Positions 13,401 through 23,603 of a stretch of 64,000 nucleotides of DNA are shown here, piece by piece. Position numbers and translations under genes: made by a program. This DNA comes from Neocallimastix sp. 'constans' (taxonomy: Eukaryota), in NCBI GenBank assembly GCA_050613775.1, contig JBODTK010000119.1, forward strand, positions 248,001 through 312,000. The letters are read 5' to 3'. The notes under the pieces were generated by a model. It saw only the letters and a program-made list of their open reading frames with translations. It searched no databases and was not told the DNA's origin. How positions within the stretch are numbered: position 1 is the first letter of the stretch; every line of letters starts with the position of its first letter.

Positions 13401-14090
13401 ATTAATTGGATCTATCTTGCAGAGTTCGCTTATAATAATTCAGTCAATGAATCTACAAAAGAAACACCTTTCTTTATTAACTATGGATTTCATCCATCTA
13501 TGGACGAATATTTCTTACTACCCCAAGTTGATACTAATAGTAAATTTATTAAAAATGTAAGTACAAGTTTTAATCATATTAAAGATGTCTTATTAAGATC
13601 TAAAGAATTATATAAAAATTATGCGGATAAGAAAAGGATGCCACCTCCTGTAATAAAAGAAGGTGACTTGGTTTGGATTCAAGCACCTCCTTCCTTAAAT
13701 ATTGAAGATTGTTCTAAACTCGCTCCTTGCAAATATGGACCTTACAAGGTAATCGATGTTTTAGAGAATAATAATTATAAAATTGATCTTAAAAAGTCAC
13801 CTTTTCCAAAACATCATCCAATCTTTCATATCTCTGAATTGGAACCTTATGTCCCAACTCCGCAAAAGTTTTTAAATAGAAGTTCGCACAATGAATCCAT
13901 TAATGATATTATTGAAATTTCTGGATTTAGGACAAACTACAAGAAAAACTGCTACGAATATAGAGTTAGATACAAATATAAAAGTTCAAGTAATTGGGTG
14001 CCTTCTTATGAAGTTGAAAATAATCCAAGGAATCAAAGAATATATCAAGAATATTTAAAGAATAATAGAAAATTCACTTCTCTTTCTTAT

Positions 14091-14096
<6 letters not shown>
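10401..14096 (+). CDS. pol: Pol of A1: protease, RT, RNase H, integrase, degenerate chromodomain-like tail; frame is open back to a -1 frameshift site at 10194-10200
   Basis: LDSGS; LRLCVDYRKLN, MPFGL, YLDD; ECDAS..DKELLAI; H..GHLG..CECC, VDF..TDRGPQF..GQVERCN; GPY. Confidence 0.97.
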
Positions 14097-14121
<25 letters not shown>

Positions 14122-14530
14122 TTATTATACTTAAGCTATAAATAGTATATTAAATAATAATAATATTTCAAAATTAAATTAGTTAATTTAAAATTTTACA
14201 TTTCAAAATTTCAAAAATTTTTAAAAAATCGAAATTTAATAATACTTTATTTATTTTTACATTATTATATTCATTAAATTATAAATTTTCACTATATTTA
14301 AAAATTTTCAATTTAATGCATAAAATTAAGATGAAATTTCAATTTCAATTTCAAAATTTCAATTTTACATTTTTTCAACGAAATTTTTAATAAAATTCAC
14401 ACCATTATATTTCTCGATATTTAATTTTATAACAAAATTTTAATTTCAGTAAATTTTGACAATTTCGAAATTTCCATGAAATGGCCACTTGTAATGTGTT
14501 CTTTAAAGGACTCATGTGACCTTTTTACTT

Positions 14531-14588
<58 letters not shown>

Positions 14589-15484
14589 TTAAAATATACG
14601 ATTTTATAAATATAATAATTTCTTTATGTAACGTTACACAAAATCGTCTGGAATCCGATTTTTGTGGAAGGGCGTTGTCGAAATTACAACTGAATTAAAT
14701 TTCAATTTCAATTAATTTCAATTAAAATTATTAAAAACAAAATAATTAATAAAAATTTATAATTCATTAATTATTCTTTAAATTTTATTTATTTTATAAT
14801 ATTATAAGTTATTTGATCATCTTAGGACCAGCTTAGGCCTACTGATTCTAATGATATCATATTAAACTTAAATATTATTAATAAATAAAATATTTATTAA
14901 CATGAATCATTTGGTCATGTCATCCTTGATTCATAAATTAATGTTTATGTATTAATTTATGTTATATTGATTTAATTAATTATTAATTATTAATTACTAT
15001 ATTAAATATTTAAATTTAATATTATATTATATATATTAGCTAATATATTAGATTAAAAAATATAATTTATTTATATTAAACATATTCTTATACTAAATAT
15101 TATTATTATCAACTTTATATTATTATTATCAATATTCTCAAACCTACAAAGTATAAAAAGAAAATTCAAATTTATCTTTTTGTCCTTTGTAAGGTTATAG
15201 TTAACCTATTATAATATAACTATATATTTTTATTAATAAATAAAAATTTTTATCATATCAAACCAATTATTAGTTTTAATTAAGTGTTAAATTAACAAAT
15301 TTAACTTTATAACTCTTTTATTTTAGTAATTTACTTATATCTATATAGTTATATTATATAGATATATCAACCTGATTCCTCGTTAAATTCAACCTGTTTA
15401 CTTTTTAACAAAGTAAGTTGAAATTCTAATTAATAATCCATTATATGTTCGTTCTTTACCATTAAATTTAAAAAATATTATTTC

Positions 15485-15539
15485 TGGTATAGTTGTTAGT
15501 AACTAATACCATGAATCAAACTACTTAGGGTTCGATTCA
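15485..15539 (+). promoter_or_regulatory. Type-2 (tRNA-like) RNA polymerase III internal promoter in the 5' LTR of B
   Basis: A-box TGGTATAGTTG (15485-15495) fits TRGYNNARNNG; B-box GGTTCGATTCA (15529-15539) is 10 of 11 to GGTTCGANTCC; starts 44 bp apart as in a standard tRNA gene; T4 runs follow. Confidence 0.75.
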
Positions 15540-16521
15540 CATTTATTATTATTTTATAGTTTTATTCTAAAAAATATCTAGAAGATTCTTTATAGTTCAA
15601 GAAATTACTAGAATTTCTTGATAATTCTTGTGTTTAATTAATTAAAATTTATTCTATTAAATTCTTAATTCTATTGTTTTCTATTTTTTCTAAATTTTTC
15701 GATTTTTAAGAACTTTTTAGAAACTTTTATTTTTATTTTTTAATAACTTTAACTTTTGAAAAAAATATAAATATGAGTAAAATTCTTATTAACAAATATT
15801 CTTTTCTTTGTGTTTTTTATTTTAATTTTGTTTAGTTAATAAAACTTAATTTTTTAATAAAACTTTTTTTAATATTAATACTATATCAACCCTTGCGGCT
15901 TATAGTATTATAATAAATATAATTAATAAAATAATTAAAAAAAAAAATAAATAAAAAGTAAAATAATTTTTGTTTTTTTTTGAGTGTTATTATATTTATT
16001 ATAATATTTTGTTATAATAAAAAACACCCAAGATTTAGACGCCGTGCCTTGATATATCTACCCTTTTGTTTGGTTTGAAGCTTTCTTTTGGAATTAGTGT
16101 CTACTGCCTTTTTGTTTTCTTTTTGGACTTTTTTTTTGAATCTCTCGGATTTTCTGTTTCCCTTGTTTTTGGTTTCTGTTTGGCTACTTATCTTATTGGC
16201 TTCAGGTTTCCACTTTTGGTTAGATTCTTTCTGTTTGCCTTGGATTTCTTATTTTTGGTCTTGGTTTCTGTTTCCATTGGTTTCAGATTTCTTAGTTTTG
16301 GACTTGGTTTTTGTTTCCATTGGTTTCGGGTTTCTGATTCTTGGTTTCTACTTTTGGACAAAATCTCTTCTTCTCTTAGTCTCTGATATCTTCTTTGGGT
16401 TCAGCCTTGCTTCTTGAATCTACTTTTTTTTTCTTTAAAAAATAAAATTCTCGGTTTTTGGTATTAATAGCAAACTCACAATAATACCAAAATCTATCTA
16501 GGCGAAAAAAAAAAATTTTGA

Positions 16522-16554
<33 letters not shown>

Positions 16555-17116
16555 CTTTAAGAAGTTCTACAGTTCTTGAGACTTTTTAAAAAATATTACA
16601 GGTAAATATAATATTTAAATATACTAGGAGCGATTAGAGCTCATAAACAGAGTTTCGGCGGTTAGTAACTAGTTTCAGTAGGTTAGAAACTATAGCCGTT
16701 AATTATTCGAATATAAACGGGCTTCAAAACCCTAGGGCGTGAAGAGCGTGTGGATTAAACGAAAGCCACATCCTACCAACCAACTTCAACAGTTCGGTGG
16801 TTGCTCTATTCGAATAAGCTCTGGCGAATAAGGAACTATAGTCACCGAAGGCTATAGGTTGGTCGTGAAGGTAAAGCGACTTTAAAATATATAGTTTATA
16901 ATTTTTTATTTTGAGGTCTAGTATATACCTCTAGTTAGTAACTCTTGCCGGTTTTTTATTTTGTTGTAAGGCATAAAAGAGTGAAATTTAGTCTAGTTAT
17001 TATATTTACCAAATTAAATTTAAAAAAAAAAAAAAATTTAAATCAGCAATTAAACTAAACGCCTAGAAAAATAATAATTTATAATTCTTTATCATTACAA
17101 TTTTCATTCGGGAGAA

Positions 17117-17161
<45 letters not shown>

Positions 17162-17243
17162 ATAATAATAATAATAGTGATAATATTAAATAAATCTTCT
17201 TATTGCAATTCTTAAACTTGTTTATAATTTAATAATTCTTTCA

Positions 17244-18971
17244 ATGTCTTCTTCATCAAACGATTTTCATTTTAATGGCGATTCAGCTAAGCTCAAGGGA
17301 TTTTTAGCTTATGTTGGGTTAGCCATTGCACTTCGTCCTGAATATTTCACCAATGATCCGTTAAAAGTAGCTTATACCATCACTTTGTTAAGAGATGAAG
17401 CTATGGATTGGGCTGCAGACTTGATGAATGAAAATAACCCAGTCCTTGACGATTTTAACGCTTTCATTGAACTTATGAAGGATAGATTCAGTGACGTAGA
17501 TGCAGTTTTTAATTGTAATCAAGCTCTTATGCATATTAAGCAAAAAGCATATGGTAAAGTCACTGATTACAATAATGAATTCCGTAGGCTTTCGGAAAAA
17601 ACGGACTGGAATGAATTTGCCTTAATGGATGTTTATATTGAAGGATTGCTACCAAGACTTCAAGAAAGAGTAATTAGTTTGTTCCCTCCTCCTGCCAAAT
17701 TAAGTGAACTAATGCGAATTACCAATCGTATAGATCATCAAATGACTCGATTCGCAACGATCAACAATTACAATTCTAGAAATAACAGTAATAATAATAA
17801 TAATTCTCGTAATAATAGGAAGTATTTTAGATTTAACTCTAGTAATAATAGAAACGCCAATTCTAATTCTTTTTTCAAATCAAATAATGATTCAAATTAC
17901 TCTCATTTATCCCCTGAAGAAAGAGCAAGAAGAATCAAAGAAGGGCTTTGTCTATATTGTGGACAATCAGGCCATAAGTTAATAAATTGTCCAAAGCGAG
18001 CAAATAAACCTGGCTCCTCCCATATGGCTAGATCTAATTCTTCTAAGAAATTTAATAAAGATTGTATTATTAAGTGTTCCTTTAACTACAAAAATAAATG
18101 GATTAAAGCTAAGGCTCTTATAGATTCCGGCTCCGACTTGAATCTTATGGATAGTAATTTTGCTAAAATTAATAATTTTAAGCTTGTACATGATAATTTA
18201 GAAGCTGATAACATTACTGGTATTGGTGGTGGCAAAGACGTTGTTGGTAAAACTATACCAATATTATTTAAAGTTAGTAACCTTCAGGTCTTAACAGAAT
18301 TTTTTGTTATTGATTTGAACGACAAATTTGAGTGCTTAATTGGTTCTAGATTTCTTAAAGAAAATAAATCATCAATTGATTTCAACAATAATATTTTAAG
18401 CTTTTGCAATAGTAATAACAATGCGTCAGATTCTTCCTTTGTTGAATCAATACCTTCAACCTCGGTTAACTCTACTTCACTTTCTCTTACTTCTAATACT
18501 TCCGACTCTATCTCTTCGAAACCAGCCTATTCCAGTTCATGCACCCCTAATAATTCTTTGTTTGATAATTCTTCTATTTCTCCTTCCGTGTTGAAGAATT
18601 CAATTGCCTCTTCCCCAAACATGGATACTCCAAATAAAACACTTCCCGCCATTTATCTAGAATTCTCTGATGTATTTAGTGAAGAAGAAGCTAAAATCTT
18701 ACCTCCTCATTCTAGTTTTGATTGTGCTATTGACCTTAAACCTAATACTAAGTTATATTATAGTGCAATTTATCCCCTTACAATTCCCGAAGAAATAGCT
18801 TTAGAAAAAATTATTAAAGACTATTTAAAATACGGTTTTATTGTTAGGTCAAAATCAGAAGCTGGTCATCCAATTTTATTTGCTCCAAAAGATAATGGTG
18901 AGTTACGTATGTGTATTGATCTTAGGAAACTTAATGAAATCCCATTAGAGATAGTTATCCTATGCCTTTAA
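17244..18971 (+). CDS. gag-pol: Gag-protease-start of RT of element B; frame broken by an apparent 1-bp deletion near 18941
   Basis: Gag motifs, CCHC knuckle [14 protein letters not shown], protease LIDSGS, RT start [13 protein letters not shown], then out of frame. Confidence 0.9.
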   Translation: MSSSSNDFHFNGDSAKLKGFLAYVGLAIALRPEYFTNDPLKVAYTITLLRDEAMDWAADLMNENNPVLDDFNAFIELMKDRFSDVDAVFNCNQALMHIKQKAYGKVTDYNNEFRRLSEKTDWNEFALMDVYIEGLLPRLQERVISLFPPPAKLSELMRITNRIDHQMTRFATINNYNSRNNSNNNNNSRNNRKYFRFNSSNNRNANSNSFFKSNNDSNYSHLSPEERARRIKEGLCLYCGQSGHKLINCPKRANKPGSSHMARSNSSKKFNKDCIIKCSFNYKNKWIKAKALIDSGSDLNLMDSNFAKINNFKLVHDNLEADNITGIGGGKDVVGKTIPILFKVSNLQVLTEFFVIDLNDKFECLIGSRFLKENKSSIDFNNNILSFCNSNNNASDSSFVESIPSTSVNSTSLSLTSNTSDSISSKPAYSSSCTPNNSLFDNSSISPSVLKNSIASSPNMDTPNKTLPAIYLEFSDVFSEEEAKILPPHSSFDCAIDLKPNTKLYYSAIYPLTIPEEIALEKIIKDYLKYGFIVRSKSEAGHPILFAPKDNGELRMCIDLRKLNEIPLEIVILCL

Positions 18972-21571
18972 CAACTGTTATTTTTAATAAAGCTCCTGGT
19001 CATAAGTATTACTCAAAGCTTGATTTAAAATCTGCTTACTTCCAAATTCGTATCAGGTCTGGAGATGAATACAAAACAGCTTTTGTATGTAGCTTAGGAC
19101 ACTTTGAATTTAGAGTTATGCCTTTCGGTTTCAAGAATGCACCTGCCTGTTTTCAAAGAATGATTGATACTGCATTAAGTGACTATTTAGGTAAATTTTG
19201 TTATGCCTATATTGATGATATTATCATTTTTTCTGATGATCTTTCTGAACATCATTTACACGTTAAAAAAGTACTATTACAACTTAGGAAATTTCATTTA
19301 CATGTTAACCTTGAAAAATGTGAGTTTGATAAGTTCGAAGTTAAATTTTTAGGATATTATGTATCTTCAGATGGTCTTAAGATGGATATTAAGAAAGTCT
19401 CAGCTATTTTAGATTGGCCTGCTCCAACTACAGTTAAAGAAGTTCAATCGTTTCTTGGCCTAGCCAATTTCTACAGACGCTTTATAAAAAATTTTGCTAA
19501 AATTGCTTATCCTCTTAATAAACTTACAAGAAAAAATGTTCCTTTTGTTTGGTCAAAAGATGCTAATGACTCCTTTGAACTTCTTAAACGTTCTTTTACT
19601 TCTGCTCCCATCCTTATTCCTGCTGATCCTAATTCTCAATTTTTTGTTGAAACGGATGCAAGTAATTTTGCGCTTGGATGTATTTTATCCCAAGTTAGCT
19701 CTAAAGATAATAAGCTTCATCCAATTGCTTTCTATTCTAGAGCTTTTACCTCTGCTGAATGCAATTATCCAATTTATGATAAAGAGTTACTTGCTATTAA
19801 AACTGCTTTTGAAACTTGGAGGTACTATTTAGAAGGTGCTAAGAATACTATTAAAGTTCTTACTGATCATAGAAATCTACTCTACTTTAAGAAACCAGAA
19901 CAGCTTTCACAACGTTTAATTAGATGGTCAATGTTCTTTACTCGATTTGACTTTCAAATTGAGTATCGTCCAGGTTCTCGCGGTGGTAAGCCAGATGCTT
20001 TATCTCGCCGTCCTGATTATGATAATCATGAACCTGCTAAACCTTACCAAGTACTTAAACCGGAAAATTTTTGTTTTACTTCAAGGATCTCTATTGAATC
20101 AAATCTACAAGATGAAATTAAAAAGTGTTACTCCAAGGATCCTTTCTTTAATAATGTTAAGATATATTTTGAAAAGCCTTCTGCTAATGAGAAACCCATT
20201 GCTTCGGTTGATCTCCTTTCGTTCTCCAATGGTATTCTTTTATATGACAATCTTATTTATATTCCTGAATGCCTTAGATTTAAAATTCTTTGTTCTTGTC
20301 ATGATTCTCCTACTGCTGGCCACTTTGGCATAAATAAAACCTCTGACTTAGTTTCTAGAAATTATTGGTGGCCTGGTATGCATAAGGATATTAAAAAATA
20401 TATTCGTACTTGTAATGTGTGCTGCGCTTCAAAAGCTCCTCGTCATAAACCTTACGGTTTACTTAAATCTTTACCCATTGGCAATAATCCTTGGGAATCA
20501 ATTTCAATGGATTTTATAACAGATCTTCCCTCTTCCAATGGTATGTCTTGTATTCTTGTCGTAGTTGATCGCTTTACGAAGATGGCTCATTTTGTTCCCT
20601 TTAAATCAGTTCCCTCTGCTGAGGATTGTGCTGAACAATTTCTTAATTCTATTTTCAAACTTCATGGTCTGCCAAAGGATATTGTGTCGGATAGAGGTAC
20701 TCAGTTTACTTCTAAATTTTGGAATAGATTATTTAATTTACTTCATGTTGATCTTTGTTTATCATCTGCTCATCATCAGCAAACTAATGGTCAAACGGAG
20801 AGGGTAAACGCAATACTTGAACAATACTTAAGATGTTATGTTAATTATCAACAAAATAATTGGATAGAATATTTATCTCTTGCAGAATTTGCTTACAATA
20901 ACACAATACAAGAATCTGCAAATGCTACTCCTTTCTTTCTTAATTATGGGTTCAATCCTAAATTTGATCCTTCTACTCCAGATGTTTCTATTGTCCCTCG
21001 TGCTGAAATTATTGCTAAAGACCTAAAAGAATTAAGAAATGTACTTAAAGAAAATCTTCAAAGTGCAGTTAATTTTCAAAAAAAATATTATGATGATAAA
21101 CATATGTCTCCGCCTGAGTTTAAAGTTGGCTCAAAAGTTTGGCTGTTAAGGAATGATTTAATAAATAATAAAAAAGGTAAACTTGCTCCTAAGAAATCTG
21201 GTCCATTTACTATTTTAAAGAAAATTTCAGATGTAAGTTATAAATTAAAGTTACCAAACTCTTTTAGGGTCTTTCCAGTTTTCCACGTTTCACTTCTTGA
21301 GCCAGCCTATGAAAATGAATTTACAGAAAGAAATATCCCAACTCCAAAACCTATTATACTTAATGGAGAAAAAGAATATGAAGTTGAATCTATTCTTGAT
21401 TCAAAGAAATTTCATAACAAAATTAAATATTTAATTCATTGGAAAGGTTATGATGATTCTGAAAACTCATGGGAACCTTTTGAGAATCTTCATTGCAATA
21501 AACTTCTTGCCGAATTCCACAAGAAGTTTCCAAATAAACCAAAACCTAAGACGTCTGGAATCCGTCTCTAA
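18962..21571 (+). CDS. pol: Remainder of B Pol: RT, RNase H, integrase, canonical chromodomain
   Basis: [74 protein letters not shown]. Confidence 0.95.
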   Translation: MPLTTVIFNKAPGHKYYSKLDLKSAYFQIRIRSGDEYKTAFVCSLGHFEFRVMPFGFKNAPACFQRMIDTALSDYLGKFCYAYIDDIIIFSDDLSEHHLHVKKVLLQLRKFHLHVNLEKCEFDKFEVKFLGYYVSSDGLKMDIKKVSAILDWPAPTTVKEVQSFLGLANFYRRFIKNFAKIAYPLNKLTRKNVPFVWSKDANDSFELLKRSFTSAPILIPADPNSQFFVETDASNFALGCILSQVSSKDNKLHPIAFYSRAFTSAECNYPIYDKELLAIKTAFETWRYYLEGAKNTIKVLTDHRNLLYFKKPEQLSQRLIRWSMFFTRFDFQIEYRPGSRGGKPDALSRRPDYDNHEPAKPYQVLKPENFCFTSRISIESNLQDEIKKCYSKDPFFNNVKIYFEKPSANEKPIASVDLLSFSNGILLYDNLIYIPECLRFKILCSCHDSPTAGHFGINKTSDLVSRNYWWPGMHKDIKKYIRTCNVCCASKAPRHKPYGLLKSLPIGNNPWESISMDFITDLPSSNGMSCILVVVDRFTKMAHFVPFKSVPSAEDCAEQFLNSIFKLHGLPKDIVSDRGTQFTSKFWNRLFNLLHVDLCLSSAHHQQTNGQTERVNAILEQYLRCYVNYQQNNWIEYLSLAEFAYNNTIQESANATPFFLNYGFNPKFDPSTPDVSIVPRAEIIAKDLKELRNVLKENLQSAVNFQKKYYDDKHMSPPEFKVGSKVWLLRNDLINNKKGKLAPKKSGPFTILKKISDVSYKLKLPNSFRVFPVFHVSLLEPAYENEFTERNIPTPKPIILNGEKEYEVESILDSKKFHNKIKYLIHWKGYDDSENSWEPFENLHCNKLLAEFHKKFPNKPKPKTSGIRL

Positions 21572-21665
21572 GGGAGAGAGTTATAACAGAATCAATAATT
21601 ACAATTATTTTATTATTTTAATATTTAGTATTATTTTTCAATAAAGTTTTAAAACAAATAATTAA

Positions 21666-22733
21666 TGTTATGGTTCGAGGAATTCAAAAAAAAAAAATTA
21701 TATAATATTAAAACACAAAAAAAAATTTTATTCTTTCACAATAATTTTTATTTATTTATTATATTTTTATTTTAATTTTTATTTTATTTTTATTATTATT
21801 TTTATTTATTTATTTTATTTTTATTTTATTTTTATTATTATTTTTATTTATTTATTTTATTTTTATTTTATTTTTATTATTATTTTTATTTTATTTTTAT
21901 TATTATTTTTATTTATTTTTATTTTCTTTTTTTTTTTTTTTTTTATTTATTTATTTTTATTATTTCTATTTTTTTTTCCTTTTTTTTTTTTTTTCTCTCT
22001 CCCCTAAAAAGGGGTTCCAAGGTAGTCAATTTATATCTTTTTGAAGATATAAAAGTAGCAAAGCCTCTGGAAGTGGTTGAAGAGATGGAAAAACAATAGA
22101 TTTTTAAATCTTATTGATTATTTCCTTATTGTAATAAATAGAAATTTTATTATTTCCTAATATTCAAATTAACCAAAATAAATCTATAATATAAAAGATG
22201 CATTATAGATAAGAATTAAACAAAAAAAAAGAGAAGCAGTATTACAATAAAATTGAATACTTTAACTTAATTTTGATACTAATTTAATATGTAATCTTAT
22301 ATATTAATTTGAATGACATAATAGAAAATAAAATACATTTATTAATATATGAAAAATCTTTTACAATTTTAAATACAGAAAATTTTATTTTATTTATTTC
22401 TTTCATTTCAATTATTTCTTAATTCGAAAGACAGAAATATTGATAAAGTTATTTAAGTTGTTTATATACAGGAATTATTCCTTATTTAGAAAAATAATAC
22501 TAAAAGTAATTAGTACTATGTTATTGCTAAACTCTCATAAATTTAATTTACCTTTATAAGGAATGAACATAAATTTAAATTAAATTTTATGTATAAACTT
22601 AAATTTTCAGATCAAATAATATAGTAAAATTATTAATGTAAAGAATACATAAATTTATTAATATTTTAAAAATCACCTTGACTATATTAAAAGGTTTTTA
22701 ATAAGAATCAATTTATTACTTCATTCTTTATCA
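21666..22733 (-). mobile_element. Solo LTR of a C-related family (C', 1068 bp) in the 3' LTR of B
   Basis: TG...CA; first 12 bp TGTTATGGTTCG and end TTCTTTATCA match the C termini (TTCTTTACCA) while the interior differs; TSD TTAA (21662-21665, 22734-22737). Confidence 0.8.
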
Positions 22734-23603
22734 TTAATGTTATGGTTCGGGTTTTATTAGAATTTTATTTAATTATTTATTTTTAATATTTTTTCTGTCT
22801 ACATTTTAATTATTGAAAAACTTCACTTATTTATACTTTTTGAAAAAAAATAAATATGTAAAGCCTTTCTACATTTTATTATCATATTTAAAAAAAAAAA
22901 TATTTACTATTACTAATTACTTAAAATTTTATATTAATTTAAATTAACTAATTCATAAGTATTTTTATTTTAATAAATTTTGTTTACATAATTTTATATT
23001 ATTTTTCATATACTAAAACTAAATTATTTAATATATACGAAAAGTAACAAACAAAATTTAAAAAGATTTTACAGAAAAATAAAGTTATTTTAATCAAGAA
23101 TGTTAATATAATATTCTTATATTTTATATAAAATAAATTTAAAAACTATAATATATTTAATATTTATTATTAATCAATTAAGATTTGATTTTATTTGTGG
23201 GGAATAAAAATATAAAATAATCAATTTAAAAATAAAATAAAATACTAAAAAGAATACAAGTTTAATATTGATACAATATAATAATAATATAATAATATAT
23301 TTGAAAATAAAAATAAAATATTAATATTGATAATAAACACTTTAATAAAATAATAAAATTTAAGGTTAAATTATAGATATTGATATTAATAATAAAAATA
23401 TAAAATTATTGATAATATTTTAGAAACTTTTAATAAAAATATAAAAAAAAATAAATATATTTAGAAAATATTTTAGTATAGAAAATATAGTAAAGTAATA
23501 TTAAGTAAAGAATAATATAATGGATTCTAAAGTAAGTTGAAATTCTAATTAATAATCCATTATATGTTCGTTCTTTACCAAGATGCCCACACTAAGACTC
23601 AAG

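Larger units (their letters stand above)
8357..15410 (+). mobile_element. Full-length Ty3/gypsy element A, copy A1; LTRs 8357-9089 and 14676-15410
   Basis: TG...CA LTRs of 733 and 735 bp; TSD AAGTA (8352-8356, 15411-15415); intact gag and pol. Confidence 0.96.
7564..15461 (-). mobile_element. Solo LTR of family C (about 839 bp net) in the 5' LTR of B, itself interrupted by A1
   Basis: TGTTATGGTTCGGG...TTCTTTACCA, homologous to 22738-23580; TSD TTAAA (7559-7563, 15462-15466). Confidence 0.92.

Noticed and set aside
7564..15461. Solo C as an ancestral part of the B LTR copied to both ends during replication
   Set aside because: It differs from the C LTRs in B's 3' LTR at several sites while the flanking B LTR sequence looks identical
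15478..15550. tRNA gene in the B LTR
   Set aside because: Promoter boxes are present but acceptor, anticodon and T stems do not pair
16066..16417. Hydrophobic ORFs in the B leader
   Set aside because: Arise from an A-poor, T-rich degenerate repeat tract; TTG starts; no recognisable domain
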